NCBI GenBank assembly: GCA_965222075.1
Contig: OZ244937.1
Span: forward strand, 1,088,001 to 1,152,000
DNA: 64,000 bases
DNA from: Candidatus Latescibacterota bacterium
GTDB lineage: Bacteria; Latescibacterota; UBA2968; GCA-2709665
Direction of reading: 5' to 3'
In this document: piece after piece, positions 1-9,790 of the stretch
How the letters are laid out: each line of letters starts with the position of its first letter
Position numbering within the stretch: position 1 is the stretch's first letter
Position numbers and translations under genes: made by a program
The notes under the pieces: model-generated
Told to the model about the DNA's origin: nothing
Database searches by the model: none
The model's input: only the letters and a program-made list of their open reading frames with translations

Positions 1-1
1 G

Positions 2-355
2 GTCTATGCCGACCTCGACTGGGGACCGATCCTTTCGGCCTGTCTGGCCGTTTTGCTGTTGGGGGCCACCTTTATCAGTGCGGGCATTCTGGCCTCTTCG
101 CTTACCGAGAACCAGATCGTGGCGGTGGTCATTTCGTTCTTTCTGCTGCTGCTGCTCTGGATGATCGACTGGTCGGCGCAGTTTGCCGATCCTGTGCTGG
201 GAGAGATTCTGCGCCAGCTTTCGATCCTGGAGCACATGCGGGACATGAACCGGGGAGTGATCGATACCAGCGATGTGGTTTTTTTTCTGAGCGCGACGGT
301 TTTCTTTCTTTTTCTGACCCATACTGTCGTCGAATCCCGCAGATGGAGGCAATAG
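2..355 (+). CDS. ABC transporter permease, GldF-like (5'-truncated by window edge)
   Basis: Frame is open from nt 2; hydrophobic TM helices with ASSLTENQIVA and RGVIDTSDVVFF motifs typical of GldF-like ABC-2 permeases; directly precedes a GldG-like gene. Confidence 0.8.
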   Translation, partial: VYADLDWGPILSACLAVLLLGATFISAGILASSLTENQIVAVVISFFLLLLLWMIDWSAQFADPVLGEILRQLSILEHMRDMNRGVIDTSDVVFFLSATVFFLFLTHTVVESRRWRQ

Positions 356-358
356 GTT

Positions 359-1738
359 ATGGCGAGTTTTCTGAAGAGCCGAACGCTTAAATACGGCTCC
401 AATGCGTTTGTTGCGGTGCTGATCATGCTCGGCATCCTGGTGGTGGTCAACTTTCTGTCCGACCGCTATCACCGGCGTTTCGATACCACGGAGGGGGGGA
501 TTTTCAGCCTGTCTGACCAGACGGTGACGCTGCTGGATTCTTTGAAAAAGGATGTGCATGTGATCGCGTTTTTCCGGGAGCAGGAGAAGTCCCGGTACGA
601 GAATCTGCTGAAGGAATACGCCTACCACTCCAAACGCTTCTCCTACCATTTTGTAGATCCGGACAGGCAACCGGCGGAGGCCAATCGGTATGAAATCAAG
701 GCTTACCAGACCTCGGTGATCGAGGTGGGGGACAGAGAGGAACGGATTACCAGTTCTGAAGAGAAGGCTTTGACCAATGCCATTGCCAAGGCGGTCCGGG
801 GCAGGGTGAAGCGCGTCTATTTTCTGGTGGGGCACGGTGAAGCGTCTATAGAGAGTCTGGCGCGGGATGGCTACAACAGGGTAAAACAGGCCCTTTTAGA
901 GGCCAACTACGCTTTGCGCGATTCCCTGCTGCTTGCGCGGTCCAGGCAGGTGCCCCGGGACTGTGATCTGCTGATTGTGGCGGGCCCCAAGACCGGATTT
1001 TTTCAGGCGGAGGTCGATTCTATCCGGGTTTATCTGGAGGCAGGAGGCGCCGCGTTGTTTTTGCTGGACCCGGGGGTGCAGACCGGCCTGGAACCGATGC
1101 TGAAGGACTGGGCGATTGCCGTAAACAACGATTATATCGTGGACGGCAGCGGGGTTGGCAGGCTCTTCGGGCTGGACTACTCGATGCCGGTGGCCGCTCA
1201 GTACGGAGCGCACCCGATCACGTCGAAACACAAGGGTCTGATGACCTTTTACATGATGGCGCGTTCGGTAACCCGGGAGGGGCCGAAGCCGGGGGTGGAG
1301 GGGGCCCTGGAACTGGTGCTGACCTCTCCGAGAAGCTGGAGCGAATCGGACCTGTCGAGCAAGAAACCGAAGTTCGATCCCAAGTCCGATGTGCGGGGTC
1401 CGATCTCCCTGGCTATGGCGGTTTTGGCCAGCCCCAAACGCAGTCAGCACAGGCCGGGAGAAGATGCACAGCGTAAAACCCTGATCGTAGTTTTCGGAGA
1501 TTCCGACTTTGCCAACAACCAGTTCTTTGGGGCTCAGGGAAACGGCGACCTCTTCCTCAATTCGGTGAGCTGGCTCCTGGAAGAGGGGGAGATGATTTCC
1601 ATCCGGCCCAGGGAGCCGGGGCACCGTCCCGTCAGCCTGACCCAGAGAGACGCCCGGTGGATCCGCTGGCTGTCGCTGGTGGTGCTGCCTGCTATTCCGG
1701 TGATTGCCGGGGTTCTGGTGTGGTGGAGAAGACGGTAA
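359..1738 (+). CDS. GldG-like ABC transporter auxiliary component
   Basis: N-terminal TM, FSLSDQT, VYFLVGHGE, VFGDSDF, NGDLFLNSVSWL and a C-terminal TM ending WWRRR. Confidence 0.85.
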   Translation: MASFLKSRTLKYGSNAFVAVLIMLGILVVVNFLSDRYHRRFDTTEGGIFSLSDQTVTLLDSLKKDVHVIAFFREQEKSRYENLLKEYAYHSKRFSYHFVDPDRQPAEANRYEIKAYQTSVIEVGDREERITSSEEKALTNAIAKAVRGRVKRVYFLVGHGEASIESLARDGYNRVKQALLEANYALRDSLLLARSRQVPRDCDLLIVAGPKTGFFQAEVDSIRVYLEAGGAALFLLDPGVQTGLEPMLKDWAIAVNNDYIVDGSGVGRLFGLDYSMPVAAQYGAHPITSKHKGLMTFYMMARSVTREGPKPGVEGALELVLTSPRSWSESDLSSKKPKFDPKSDVRGPISLAMAVLASPKRSQHRPGEDAQRKTLIVVFGDSDFANNQFFGAQGNGDLFLNSVSWLLEEGEMISIRPREPGHRPVSLTQRDARWIRWLSLVVLPAIPVIAGVLVWWRRR

Positions 1739-1795
1739 GTGGTGAGCGACGCGTGCTCCAACCCTCACGACTTGCCACTGTCATGAGAGGGGTAA

Positions 1796-3187
1796 GTGAT
1801 GAGCTTTAAGACAACAGGCCTTCTGGCCGCGCTGTTTATCGCCCTGCTGGGGTTTCTCTACTTTTACGAGATCAAGGGCGGGGAGGGACGGAAGCGAGAG
1901 GAAGTGGAGGCCAAGAAGGTTCTCCGGATTGACGATACGGAGGTGGTCCGTCTGACGGTTCAGCGGGAGGATACCACGGTGGTGGCTGTGAGGGAGGGAG
2001 ACGGCTGGCGGATTCTGGAGCCTCTCAAAACCGGGGGAGATCGGGCGAATATCGAGTCCCTGCTTCGCACTGGAAACAACCTGGAGAAGGTCCAGGTTGT
2101 GGCGGATGAGGCTTCGGTGACCAGTGGAGAGGTGGACCCTGCAGATTTTGGGCTTGGTAAGCCCGATATTACCGTGGTGTTTGAACGGGAAGCTGAGAAA
2201 CGGGATAGCCTCTTTTTTGGCGATAAGAGCCCCACGGGGAGCTACGTCTACTTGAGGGTGTCGGGGAGCCCGGAGATCCTGGCCGTCGGGTCCTGGCGAA
2301 AGTCGAATTTTGCAAAGGGGCTTTACGACCTGCGGGACAAACGGGTTGTTCTGTTTGACAGGGATGAAGTCCGAAAATTTGAGATCGCCCACGACGGCCG
2401 GGTTCTTGTGGCCTCGAAACAGGGGGGGGGCTGGCGTCTTGAAAAGCCGGTGGCCGACCGGGGGGACAGTCTGGCCATTCGACGCCTCCTGAGCCGGCTG
2501 TGGACGGCCCAGGCAAAACGCTTTGTGACAGAGGAAGCGACAGATCTGGCACCCTACGGGCTGGATGACCCCTGGATGCGGATCTCGATCTACGAGGGAG
2601 AGGGGCTGGCGCTGAAGGAGGTGATCCTGGGAGACGGGGTAAGGGCCGGCAGGATCAAAAGGTATTATGGGAAATATATGGCCAGGTCCCCGGTCTTTAC
2701 GGTCGATTCGACTTTTGTCAAGGAGGTGGCGAAGACCCCCTCGGAACTGCGATATAAAAAGATCTTCGCCTTTGACTCCGAAGGCATCGACCGGGTGGTG
2801 CTGGTGTATCCGGACAGCACGGTGGACTGCAGAAAAGATGCGAGCAGCCAGGCGTGGACGGCGCTGGAGCCCCGCTTCCACGCGGCTTCCGGCAAGAGCG
2901 TGGAAGATCTGATCGAACGGGTAAAGGAGCTTGAGGCCGTCCGTTTTGCGGCCGAGGCGCTGGTGTTGCCGGAAGCATACGGATTGGATGCCCCTGTATT
3001 GCAGGTTAAGCTGTGGAAGGCCGGACAACTGGCGCGGGAGGTGGCGCTGGGGAGGAAAGGAGAACAGGTTTACGCCAGGGGCGATGCCCGCCCGCAGGTG
3101 GTGGAGGTGGGAAGCAGCGCCTTGAAGAAGCTGACGCTGGAACTGAGTCCTTTTATTCCAGATAGCGTGCAGGTCCAGGTCCCGTAG
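1796..3187 (+). CDS. DUF4340 domain protein
   Basis: N-terminal anchor and repeated W..(E)P / (Y/F)GLxxP modules; usual partner of GldF/GldG genes. Confidence 0.75.
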   Translation: MMSFKTTGLLAALFIALLGFLYFYEIKGGEGRKREEVEAKKVLRIDDTEVVRLTVQREDTTVVAVREGDGWRILEPLKTGGDRANIESLLRTGNNLEKVQVVADEASVTSGEVDPADFGLGKPDITVVFEREAEKRDSLFFGDKSPTGSYVYLRVSGSPEILAVGSWRKSNFAKGLYDLRDKRVVLFDRDEVRKFEIAHDGRVLVASKQGGGWRLEKPVADRGDSLAIRRLLSRLWTAQAKRFVTEEATDLAPYGLDDPWMRISIYEGEGLALKEVILGDGVRAGRIKRYYGKYMARSPVFTVDSTFVKEVAKTPSELRYKKIFAFDSEGIDRVVLVYPDSTVDCRKDASSQAWTALEPRFHAASGKSVEDLIERVKELEAVRFAAEALVLPEAYGLDAPVLQVKLWKAGQLAREVALGRKGEQVYARGDARPQVVEVGSSALKKLTLELSPFIPDSVQVQVP

Positions 3188-3223
3188 TCTGGTTCTGCAG
3201 AGGCGTTGAAACAACAGGATTGA

Positions 3224-4186
3224 TTGCTCATGCGCCTACGTGTCTGCTGTGTTTTTGCCGCTGCACTCTGTCTCCTGCTGGATGCCCACCCCTGCCCTGC
3301 CGGGGTCTCTTTTCAGGCAGAGGTTAACCGGGATACGATTACGGTAGGGGACCCTGTTGCGTTTCGGTTGCGGGTGAGGCGCCAGATAGGGGATCGGGTA
3401 GAGATCCTGCCAGAGGGTGGGTTTCCGGGGCCGTTCGAGGTTCGAGAGCAGCGGCCTCCGGCCGTCCGGCAGATGGACGACGGACGGGTCGAGGAGACAA
3501 GGGATTATGTGATTGTGGTCTATCGAACCGGGGAGTTTGAAATTCCGCCGTTGACGCTGCGTTTCCAGACGGCGTCCGGAGATACGGGCCGTATTGCCTC
3601 TGGTTCTGTTCCGATTGTGGTTCAAAGCGTGGTGTCTGAAGATTCGGATATCCGGGATATCAAGCCGCCCGTGGAGATGCCGGCGCGGATTCCCATCTGG
3701 GTATGGATTGCAGGGGCTGCGCTGGTTCTGGCCGTTGTCGGTACGATCTGGTACATCATACGCCGGCGCCGCAGGCCCGTCGAAGCGCTGCCACCTGCGC
3801 CCGTAGACTGGCGGGCCGAGGTGGAGAAGATCACCCGGATGGGGCTCCTGGAGAAGGGGAACTACAAGCGGTATTACACGCTGCTCTCAGAAGTGACACG
3901 CCGTTATCTGGAAGCGCGTACAGGCGTTGAAGCGATGGAGCGCACGACCTTTGAAATTGCATCGGGGCTGCATGAGAGATCGATCGGAGAGGCCCACGTG
4001 GCCGAGGTGGAGGGGTTCCTGTCGGAGGCGGATCTGGTGAAGTTCGCCAAGGTCAGGCTGCCTCAAGAGACCGCTGCGCATGCGGTACAGCGGGTGCACG
4101 ACCTGATGATCCACCTGGACGCGGAACCCCTGGCCCGGCCAGGGGAGATCGATCGGGAACCGACCTCGGCAGGAAGTGCTCGATGA
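3224..4186 (+). CDS. Bat-operon membrane protein (BatD-like N-terminal domain, DIRDIKPP motif)
   Basis: Signal peptide, ITVGDP, DIRDIKPP, TM, AMERTTFE, ADLVKFAK; overlaps batA start. Confidence 0.7.
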   Translation: MLMRLRVCCVFAAALCLLLDAHPCPAGVSFQAEVNRDTITVGDPVAFRLRVRRQIGDRVEILPEGGFPGPFEVREQRPPAVRQMDDGRVEETRDYVIVVYRTGEFEIPPLTLRFQTASGDTGRIASGSVPIVVQSVVSEDSDIRDIKPPVEMPARIPIWVWIAGAALVLAVVGTIWYIIRRRRRPVEALPPAPVDWRAEVEKITRMGLLEKGNYKRYYTLLSEVTRRYLEARTGVEAMERTTFEIASGLHERSIGEAHVAEVEGFLSEADLVKFAKVRLPQETAAHAVQRVHDLMIHLDAEPLARPGEIDREPTSAGSAR

Positions 4187-5178
4187 TTCGATTCCACAAC
4201 CCGGAATGGCTCCTGCTGCTCTTGATCGTTCCGATCCTGATTTATCGGTATGTATACCGGGAGCGCCAGAAGCAGGGGAGCATCCGGTTTTCAGACATCG
4301 GGACGTTCAAACAGATCCAGCCGTCCTTCATTCTGAAACTCCGCCACAGTCTGATTGTCTTGCGGTGTCTGGCGCTTGTCCTCCTGGTGCTGGCCCTGGC
4401 TCGCCCCCTGTCGGGGCGGGAGAGCCGGGAGATTCTGACCCAGGGGATCGATATTGTGCTGGCCATCGACGTTTCCACCAGTATGGAGCTCAAGGACCTG
4501 GACCAACAGCGCAAGACGAGGCTGGAGGTGTCTAAGGAGGTGGTGGCCCAGTTCGTTCAGGGGCGGACGAATGACCGGTTGGGTCTGGTGGTGTTTGCAG
4601 GGGAGAGCTACACGCAGTGCCCGCTTACCTTGGATTACGGCATCTTTCTTAATTTCTTGGATACGGTCCAGCTTGCAGACGAGGCGTGGGACGGTACGGC
4701 GATCGGTACAGGTATTGCCACGGCGGTCAACCGCCTCCGGAAGTCCGACGCTCGGAGCAGGGTTGTTATTCTGCTGACGGACGGGAAGAACAACCGGGGA
4801 GAGATCGATCCGATCACAGCGGCAAAGGCGGCAAAGGCTATGGGCATCCGGATCTATACGATCGGGGCAGGGAGTAAGGGCCCGATTAAGGTGGACGGAT
4901 TCTTTGGCCCCCGGTATGTGCGGGACCCGAGGTTGGAGGTTGACGAGGAGACGTTGAAGAAGATTGCGGATATCACCCGCGGACGTTATTACCGGGCCAC
5001 CAGCGAGAAGAAGCTTGAGGAGATCTACCGGGAGATCGGGGAGATGGAGCAGACGCAGATCAAGACGAGGGCGTTTGTGGATTACACGGAGCTGTTTCCC
5101 AGGTTCCTCTGGCCCGGGCTGGTCCTGCTGGGTGTGGAGGTGGTATTTGCCAATACGCGGTTTCGGAGGATCCCATAG
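4183..5178 (+). CDS. batA: BatA, VWA domain membrane protein
   Basis: FHNPEWL start, LALARP, MIDAS DVSTSM, CPLTLDY, GTAIG, ILLTDG. Confidence 0.85.
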   Translation: MIRFHNPEWLLLLLIVPILIYRYVYRERQKQGSIRFSDIGTFKQIQPSFILKLRHSLIVLRCLALVLLVLALARPLSGRESREILTQGIDIVLAIDVSTSMELKDLDQQRKTRLEVSKEVVAQFVQGRTNDRLGLVVFAGESYTQCPLTLDYGIFLNFLDTVQLADEAWDGTAIGTGIATAVNRLRKSDARSRVVILLTDGKNNRGEIDPITAAKAAKAMGIRIYTIGAGSKGPIKVDGFFGPRYVRDPRLEVDEETLKKIADITRGRYYRATSEKKLEEIYREIGEMEQTQIKTRAFVDYTELFPRFLWPGLVLLGVEVVFANTRFRRIP

Positions 5179-6201
5179 ATGCGGTTTGGTGATCCCCAGG
5201 CGTTCTGGTTGCTGCTGCTGGCGCCTGTGTGCGTCGTCTTTTACGTCTGGGCGTTCCGCAGGCGCCGCCGGGCGCTGGCAGATTTTGGAAGCCCTGCGCT
5301 GATGGAGAAGCTGACCTCGGCGACGAGCCGGGTGCGGCAGGGGGTGAAAGCGGCCCTGGCGGTGGTGGGGTTTATCTTTCTGGCCCTGGCGTTGGTTCAG
5401 CCGCAACTCGGAACCAGGCTGGAGCTGCTCCACCGCAGAGGGGTGGACATTATGGTTGCCCTGGATACCTCGTTGAGTATGCTGGCGGAGGACATTAAGC
5501 CGAACAGGCTGCAGCGGGCGTGTTACGAGATTGAAGCATTTATTGATCGGCTGGAGGGAGACCGGGTGGGGCTGATGGCCTTTGCGGGACGGAGTTTTGT
5601 CCTGTGCCCGCTCACGCTCGATTACGGGGCGGCCAAGCTGTTCCTGGACACAATTGATACGGAGATGATCCCCGTTAAGGGAACGGCGATTGCCGAGGCC
5701 ATTCAGACGGGTACGCGGGCGTTGGGGGCAAAGGAGCGGAAGTACAAGGTGCTGGTCCTGATTACCGATGGGGAGGACCACGCCGGCGATCCCGTGGCCG
5801 TGGCCGAGGAGGCCGCCGAAGCGGGCGTTCGGATCTTTTCCGTGGGGGTAGGCACCCCGGAGGGGGAGCTGATTCCGATTCGGGAGAGCGGCCGGGTGGA
5901 CTACATGAAGGATCGACGAGGGAATATCGTGAAGACTCGTCTGGACGAGGCCACGCTTGAACAGATCGCCAGAATTACGGACGGCGTTTACCTTCGTGCG
6001 TCGGCAGGCGGTGTTGGGCTGGATGCGGTTTACGACCAGATTGCAGAGATGGAGAAGAAGGAGCTGGAATCGCGCAAGTATACGCAGTATAAACATCGAT
6101 TTCAGTGGCCCCTGGCCCTTGCTCTGGTCTGTTTTGTGAGCGAGGCATTGCTTTCGGACAGGCGGAGGGGACGGAGGGAGTGGCGGGGACGGTTTCAGTA
6201 G
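5179..6201 (+). CDS. batB: BatB, VWA domain membrane protein
   Basis: DTSLSMLAEDIKPNRL, LITDGEDH, VGVGTPEG, RFQWPL. Confidence 0.85.
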   Translation: MRFGDPQAFWLLLLAPVCVVFYVWAFRRRRRALADFGSPALMEKLTSATSRVRQGVKAALAVVGFIFLALALVQPQLGTRLELLHRRGVDIMVALDTSLSMLAEDIKPNRLQRACYEIEAFIDRLEGDRVGLMAFAGRSFVLCPLTLDYGAAKLFLDTIDTEMIPVKGTAIAEAIQTGTRALGAKERKYKVLVLITDGEDHAGDPVAVAEEAAEAGVRIFSVGVGTPEGELIPIRESGRVDYMKDRRGNIVKTRLDEATLEQIARITDGVYLRASAGGVGLDAVYDQIAEMEKKELESRKYTQYKHRFQWPLALALVCFVSEALLSDRRRGRREWRGRFQ

Positions 6202-6223
6202 CATTGGTATTTCAATCCGCAAT

Positions 6224-6990
6224 ATGAGGGTAGGTATGTATGGAAATATGATCTTTCTGCTGGTTCTCCCCTTGATGGGCGCTACCTTCCTGGATGAGGT
6301 GGCCAAGAAGAATGAAGAGGGCAACCGGCTGTTTGCGGAGGGGAAGTTCGAAGAGGCGCTCAAGCGCTATCGGGATGCCCAGCTTCAGAATCCGGAGGCG
6401 CCCCAACTCCATTTTAACGCAGGCGATGCGCTTTATAAGCAGGATACGTATGACGGGGCGATCCAGGAATTCGGCCGTGTGTTAAACAGCGGCGATCCGA
6501 CCCTGTTGGCCGAGGCCTATTACAACATCGGAAATGCCCACTTCCGGCAGAACCGCCCGCAGGAGGCGATTGGGGCCTACAAGAAGGCGCTGGAGCTCAA
6601 ACCGGACGACTTAGACGCAAAGATCAATCTGGAGTTGGCCCAGAAGCTGCTGGACGAACAGCAGCAACAGCAGCAGAATCAGCAGGAAGACCAGGAAGAT
6701 CAGCAAGACCAGCAAGATCAACAGGATCAGGATCAACAGCAGGGAGAAGACCAAAAACAGGGGAGCAGGACCAGCAGCAGGACCAGCAGCAGGACCAGCA
6801 GCAGGACCAGCAGCAGGACCAGCAGCAGGGAGAAGATCAACCGGAGGATCAGGCGCCCCCCCGGGAGGGTGAGATGACCCAGGAGGAGGCCGAGCGGCTC
6901 TTGGAGGCGCTGAAGGATCGGGAGCGTGAGGCGCAAAAGCGCCGGCGGCTTCGGCTCCTGGGCAGGCGGTATACCGGAAATGAATGGTAG
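6224..6990 (+). CDS. batC: BatC, TPR protein with Q/D-rich linker; 1-nt frameshift at G-run 6760-6763
   Basis: TPRs (YYNIGNAHF, AKINLELA); BatC-type C-terminus MTQEEAERLLEAL...NEW* lies in another frame and ends at TAG 6988-6990. Confidence 0.75.
6659..6828 (+). repeat. Low-complexity CAG/GAC tandem repeats (12-nt CAGGACCAGCAG units) coding a poly-Q/D linker
   Basis: Visible directly in sequence. Confidence 0.9.
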
Positions 6991-8908
6991 CGTCCAAAGT
7001 CCAACGTCCCCTATGCGATATGCGCATTTAAAAGCGTCTGGTCTGCCGAGAAGGGCCGCGTTTGCCATCCTGGTCCTGTGCATCGGGATTCTGGCGTTCG
7101 GTTCGGCGCTCTGGGCAGAAGATCCGAAGCTCCAGGTGTCGGTAGATCGGACGCGTGTGGGGGTTGGAGAGCGCGTGACCCTGACCGTATCGGTATCATT
7201 GGAAGGGCAGGAGGCTGTCTCAGAGCCCGAACTGGCGGTTCCGGATGGGTTCGATGTGCTGGGAAGGAGCTCATCCACCAACTGGTCGATCAGTATCGCA
7301 AACGGGGTTGTGACCCATATTCAGACGATTTCCTTTATCTATACACTGCGAGCACAGCGGGAAGGATCGTATCTGGTCGGCCCGGTGAAGGTGACGCATC
7401 AGGGGAAGACCCACACCGCCTCACCGGTCCGGGTGGAGGTGGTCAAAGGGCGTAAACGACGGCAGGTCCGGCCGGCTCCCGGCCCCGGGCAGTCCTTGGG
7501 CGCACAGGACCTGGGGGAGATTGGAGAGAGCCTCTTTATCCAGGCCAAGCCGGACAGGCGGACCGTTTACGTGGGAGAGCAAGTGACGCTCTCCTACACA
7601 TTGTATAACCGAATCCCTCGGCTTCGCATTCACAACTATGATCACCTGCCGACCTATACCGGATTCTGGGCGAAGAAGCTGTTCGACGCGTTTGACGTTC
7701 AACGGGTGAGCTGGAATACGGAGGTGGTCGATGGCCGCAAGTTTGAGGCAGGACTTTTGAAGGTGGTGGCGCTGTTTCCGACCACGGCCGGCAAACAGGC
7801 GCTGGAGGAGCTTGAGCTGCTCTGCTCTTTTCCGGTCAGATCGAAGCGCCGCGGCCTGCTCGGCTTTGACAGTTTCTTTGACATGGATGCCTTCGGCGAG
7901 ACGAAGCAGATCACGGTGCGATCGAACGGCCTGGAGCTTGAGGCGATGCCGTTGCCTGCGGGGGCTCCCGCCGGGTTTGCCGGCGCGGTCGGCCGGCTGC
8001 AGATTTCCGCGGAGGCAACGCCTACGACGGTTGCGGAAGGGGATCCGATTGTATTGAAGGTGAAGGTGTCGGGCACGGGCAACCTCAATGCCGTACCTGA
8101 ACCGACCCGACCCGCCGGCGAGACGTTTCGGTTTTATGATCCCAAGGCCTCTGTGGAGATTGAAAAGAGGGAAAACCGCCTCGGAGGACGGAAGACCTTC
8201 GAGTATGTGGTGATTCCCCAAAAGGCCGGTGAGCGACAGATTCCGCCGTTTCGCCTGGCCTACTTCGATCCGGATCAGAAGCGTTATGCCACCGTGCGGA
8301 CCGCGCCGATCGCTCTGGTGATCAACCCGGGCGCAGAGCCCTTCCGGCCTGCGCCGGCCCCGATGCTGAGCCGCGATGAGATCAAGGTGCTGGGCGAAGA
8401 TATCCGTTATATCAAGCCGGATATGCCCGTTCTGGAAGTACAGGGCCGGGCGCTCTACCGGAACTGGGGATTCCTGGCGCTGCAGGCAGTGCCTGTGCTG
8501 GGGTTTCTGGGGGTGTTTGCTTACAGGCGCCACCGGGAACGGCTGATGGGGGACGTGGCCTATGCCCGCCGCCGCCGCTCCCGCTCTGAGGCGAGGCGCC
8601 GTTTGGCCTATGCCCGCCGGCTGATGGCGTCGGGGGAGAACAGGGCCTTCCATTCCGAGATTTACCGGGCGCTGGCGCAGTTCCTGGCGGACCGGTTAAA
8701 TTGTCCGGTTGCAGGGATGGCAGCGGACTCGGCGGCCGAGGCGCTTGCCGGACGAGGGGTCTCTGAAGAGGTGATTGCGCAGGTGAGAAAGGTGTTCCAG
8801 CGGTGCGACTTCGCCCGGTTCGCGCCTTCTGAAGTATCGAATGGGGAGATGGAGAAGCTTTACAAGGCGGCGGAGGGGCTGGTCGATGAGCTGGGGAGGA
8901 AGGTATGA
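6980..8908 (+). CDS. batD: BatD family protein (start 6980 or 7013)
   Basis: Signal peptide, VYVGEQV, GFAGAVG, SGTGNL, YFDP, DIRYIK, CDFARFAP. Confidence 0.8.
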   Translation: MNGSVQSPTSPMRYAHLKASGLPRRAAFAILVLCIGILAFGSALWAEDPKLQVSVDRTRVGVGERVTLTVSVSLEGQEAVSEPELAVPDGFDVLGRSSSTNWSISIANGVVTHIQTISFIYTLRAQREGSYLVGPVKVTHQGKTHTASPVRVEVVKGRKRRQVRPAPGPGQSLGAQDLGEIGESLFIQAKPDRRTVYVGEQVTLSYTLYNRIPRLRIHNYDHLPTYTGFWAKKLFDAFDVQRVSWNTEVVDGRKFEAGLLKVVALFPTTAGKQALEELELLCSFPVRSKRRGLLGFDSFFDMDAFGETKQITVRSNGLELEAMPLPAGAPAGFAGAVGRLQISAEATPTTVAEGDPIVLKVKVSGTGNLNAVPEPTRPAGETFRFYDPKASVEIEKRENRLGGRKTFEYVVIPQKAGERQIPPFRLAYFDPDQKRYATVRTAPIALVINPGAEPFRPAPAPMLSRDEIKVLGEDIRYIKPDMPVLEVQGRALYRNWGFLALQAVPVLGFLGVFAYRRHRERLMGDVAYARRRRSRSEARRRLAYARRLMASGENRAFHSEIYRALAQFLADRLNCPVAGMAADSAAEALAGRGVSEEVIAQVRKVFQRCDFARFAPSEVSNGEMEKLYKAAEGLVDELGRKV

Positions 8909-8930
8909 AAAGGCAATTTCGGAATGCGGA

Positions 8931-9686
8931 ATGATGCGCTGTGTGCTGAGTGTTTTGCTGGTCGTTTTTCTGGGGGGGGGCGCGTCGGCGGAGATGGCCG
9001 GGGCGGCGCTGTACAACGAGGCGAATGCCTTTTACAGGACGGGGAAGTACGCCGAAGCTGCGGAGCGGTATGAGGCGGTTTTGCGGCAGGGCGTGCGGAA
9101 CGGTCACGTCTACTATAACCTGGGGAACGCGTATTTCAAGGCCGGGCAGATCGGGCGAGCGATTCTGGCTTACGAACGGGCTTTGAGACTGATGCCCGGA
9201 GACGAGGATGTTGCGGCGAACCTGCGGTTCGTGAATGCGATGAAGGTAGACAGGGAGCCGGAGGATGAGGAGAATGTGGTGGTCCGCTTTTTGCAGGGGA
9301 TCTACCGTGCGTTGAGCGCCAATGGATTGGCTGTTTTTTGCAGCATCTGTCTGTTCTGTCTGGCGGGCGTGGGCACCGGCTGGCTCTTTTCGCCCCGGCG
9401 CCGGCTGCTGTGGGTCAGCCTGCTGGTGCTGCTGGGGCTTGGATGCTTTGGAGCAGGGGCGCTTATGACCTTTAAGATCCACGACCGGGAGAGGGTTGAA
9501 CGGGCCGTGATTCTGTCAGACGAGGTTGTGGGACGCAGCGGTCCGGGAAAGGACTACCTCCAGGTCTTTACCCTGCACGAAGGGACCAGGGTGACGATTG
9601 AACGGGAGGAAGGAGGCTGGCTGCTGGTACGGCTGTCCAACGGGATTGGGGGATGGGTGCCGGTAGCGGGGATGGAACAGATCTGA
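8931..9686 (+). CDS. batE: BatE, TPR + TM + SH3 domain protein
   Basis: YYNLGNAYFK, AILAYERAL, two TM segments, RSGPG...LHEGT...GWVP SH3-like C-terminus. Confidence 0.8.
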   Translation: MMRCVLSVLLVVFLGGGASAEMAGAALYNEANAFYRTGKYAEAAERYEAVLRQGVRNGHVYYNLGNAYFKAGQIGRAILAYERALRLMPGDEDVAANLRFVNAMKVDREPEDEENVVVRFLQGIYRALSANGLAVFCSICLFCLAGVGTGWLFSPRRRLLWVSLLVLLGLGCFGAGALMTFKIHDRERVERAVILSDEVVGRSGPGKDYLQVFTLHEGTRVTIEREEGGWLLVRLSNGIGGWVPVAGMEQI

Positions 9687-9726
9687 GAGGGAATTATGGG
9701 GAGTTCATAGCCTGTTCCGGCGTTGA

Positions 9727-9758
9727 GGCTCGTCTTCGGGTTGGGCCTTTTTCCTTTT
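9727..9758 (+). terminator. Putative intrinsic terminator after batE
   Basis: AGGCTC...GGGCCT stem followed by a T-rich run. Confidence 0.45.
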
Positions 9759-9790
9759 GAGATATAGGCCGGGAGGCGTATATTTTCGAT

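Noticed and set aside
4291-6363. 690-aa minus-strand ORF and similar long antisense ORFs (1781-3214, 7421-8653, 15077-16096, 49946-51052)
   Set aside because: Shadow frames opposite well-supported genes in high-GC DNA; no protein motifs.
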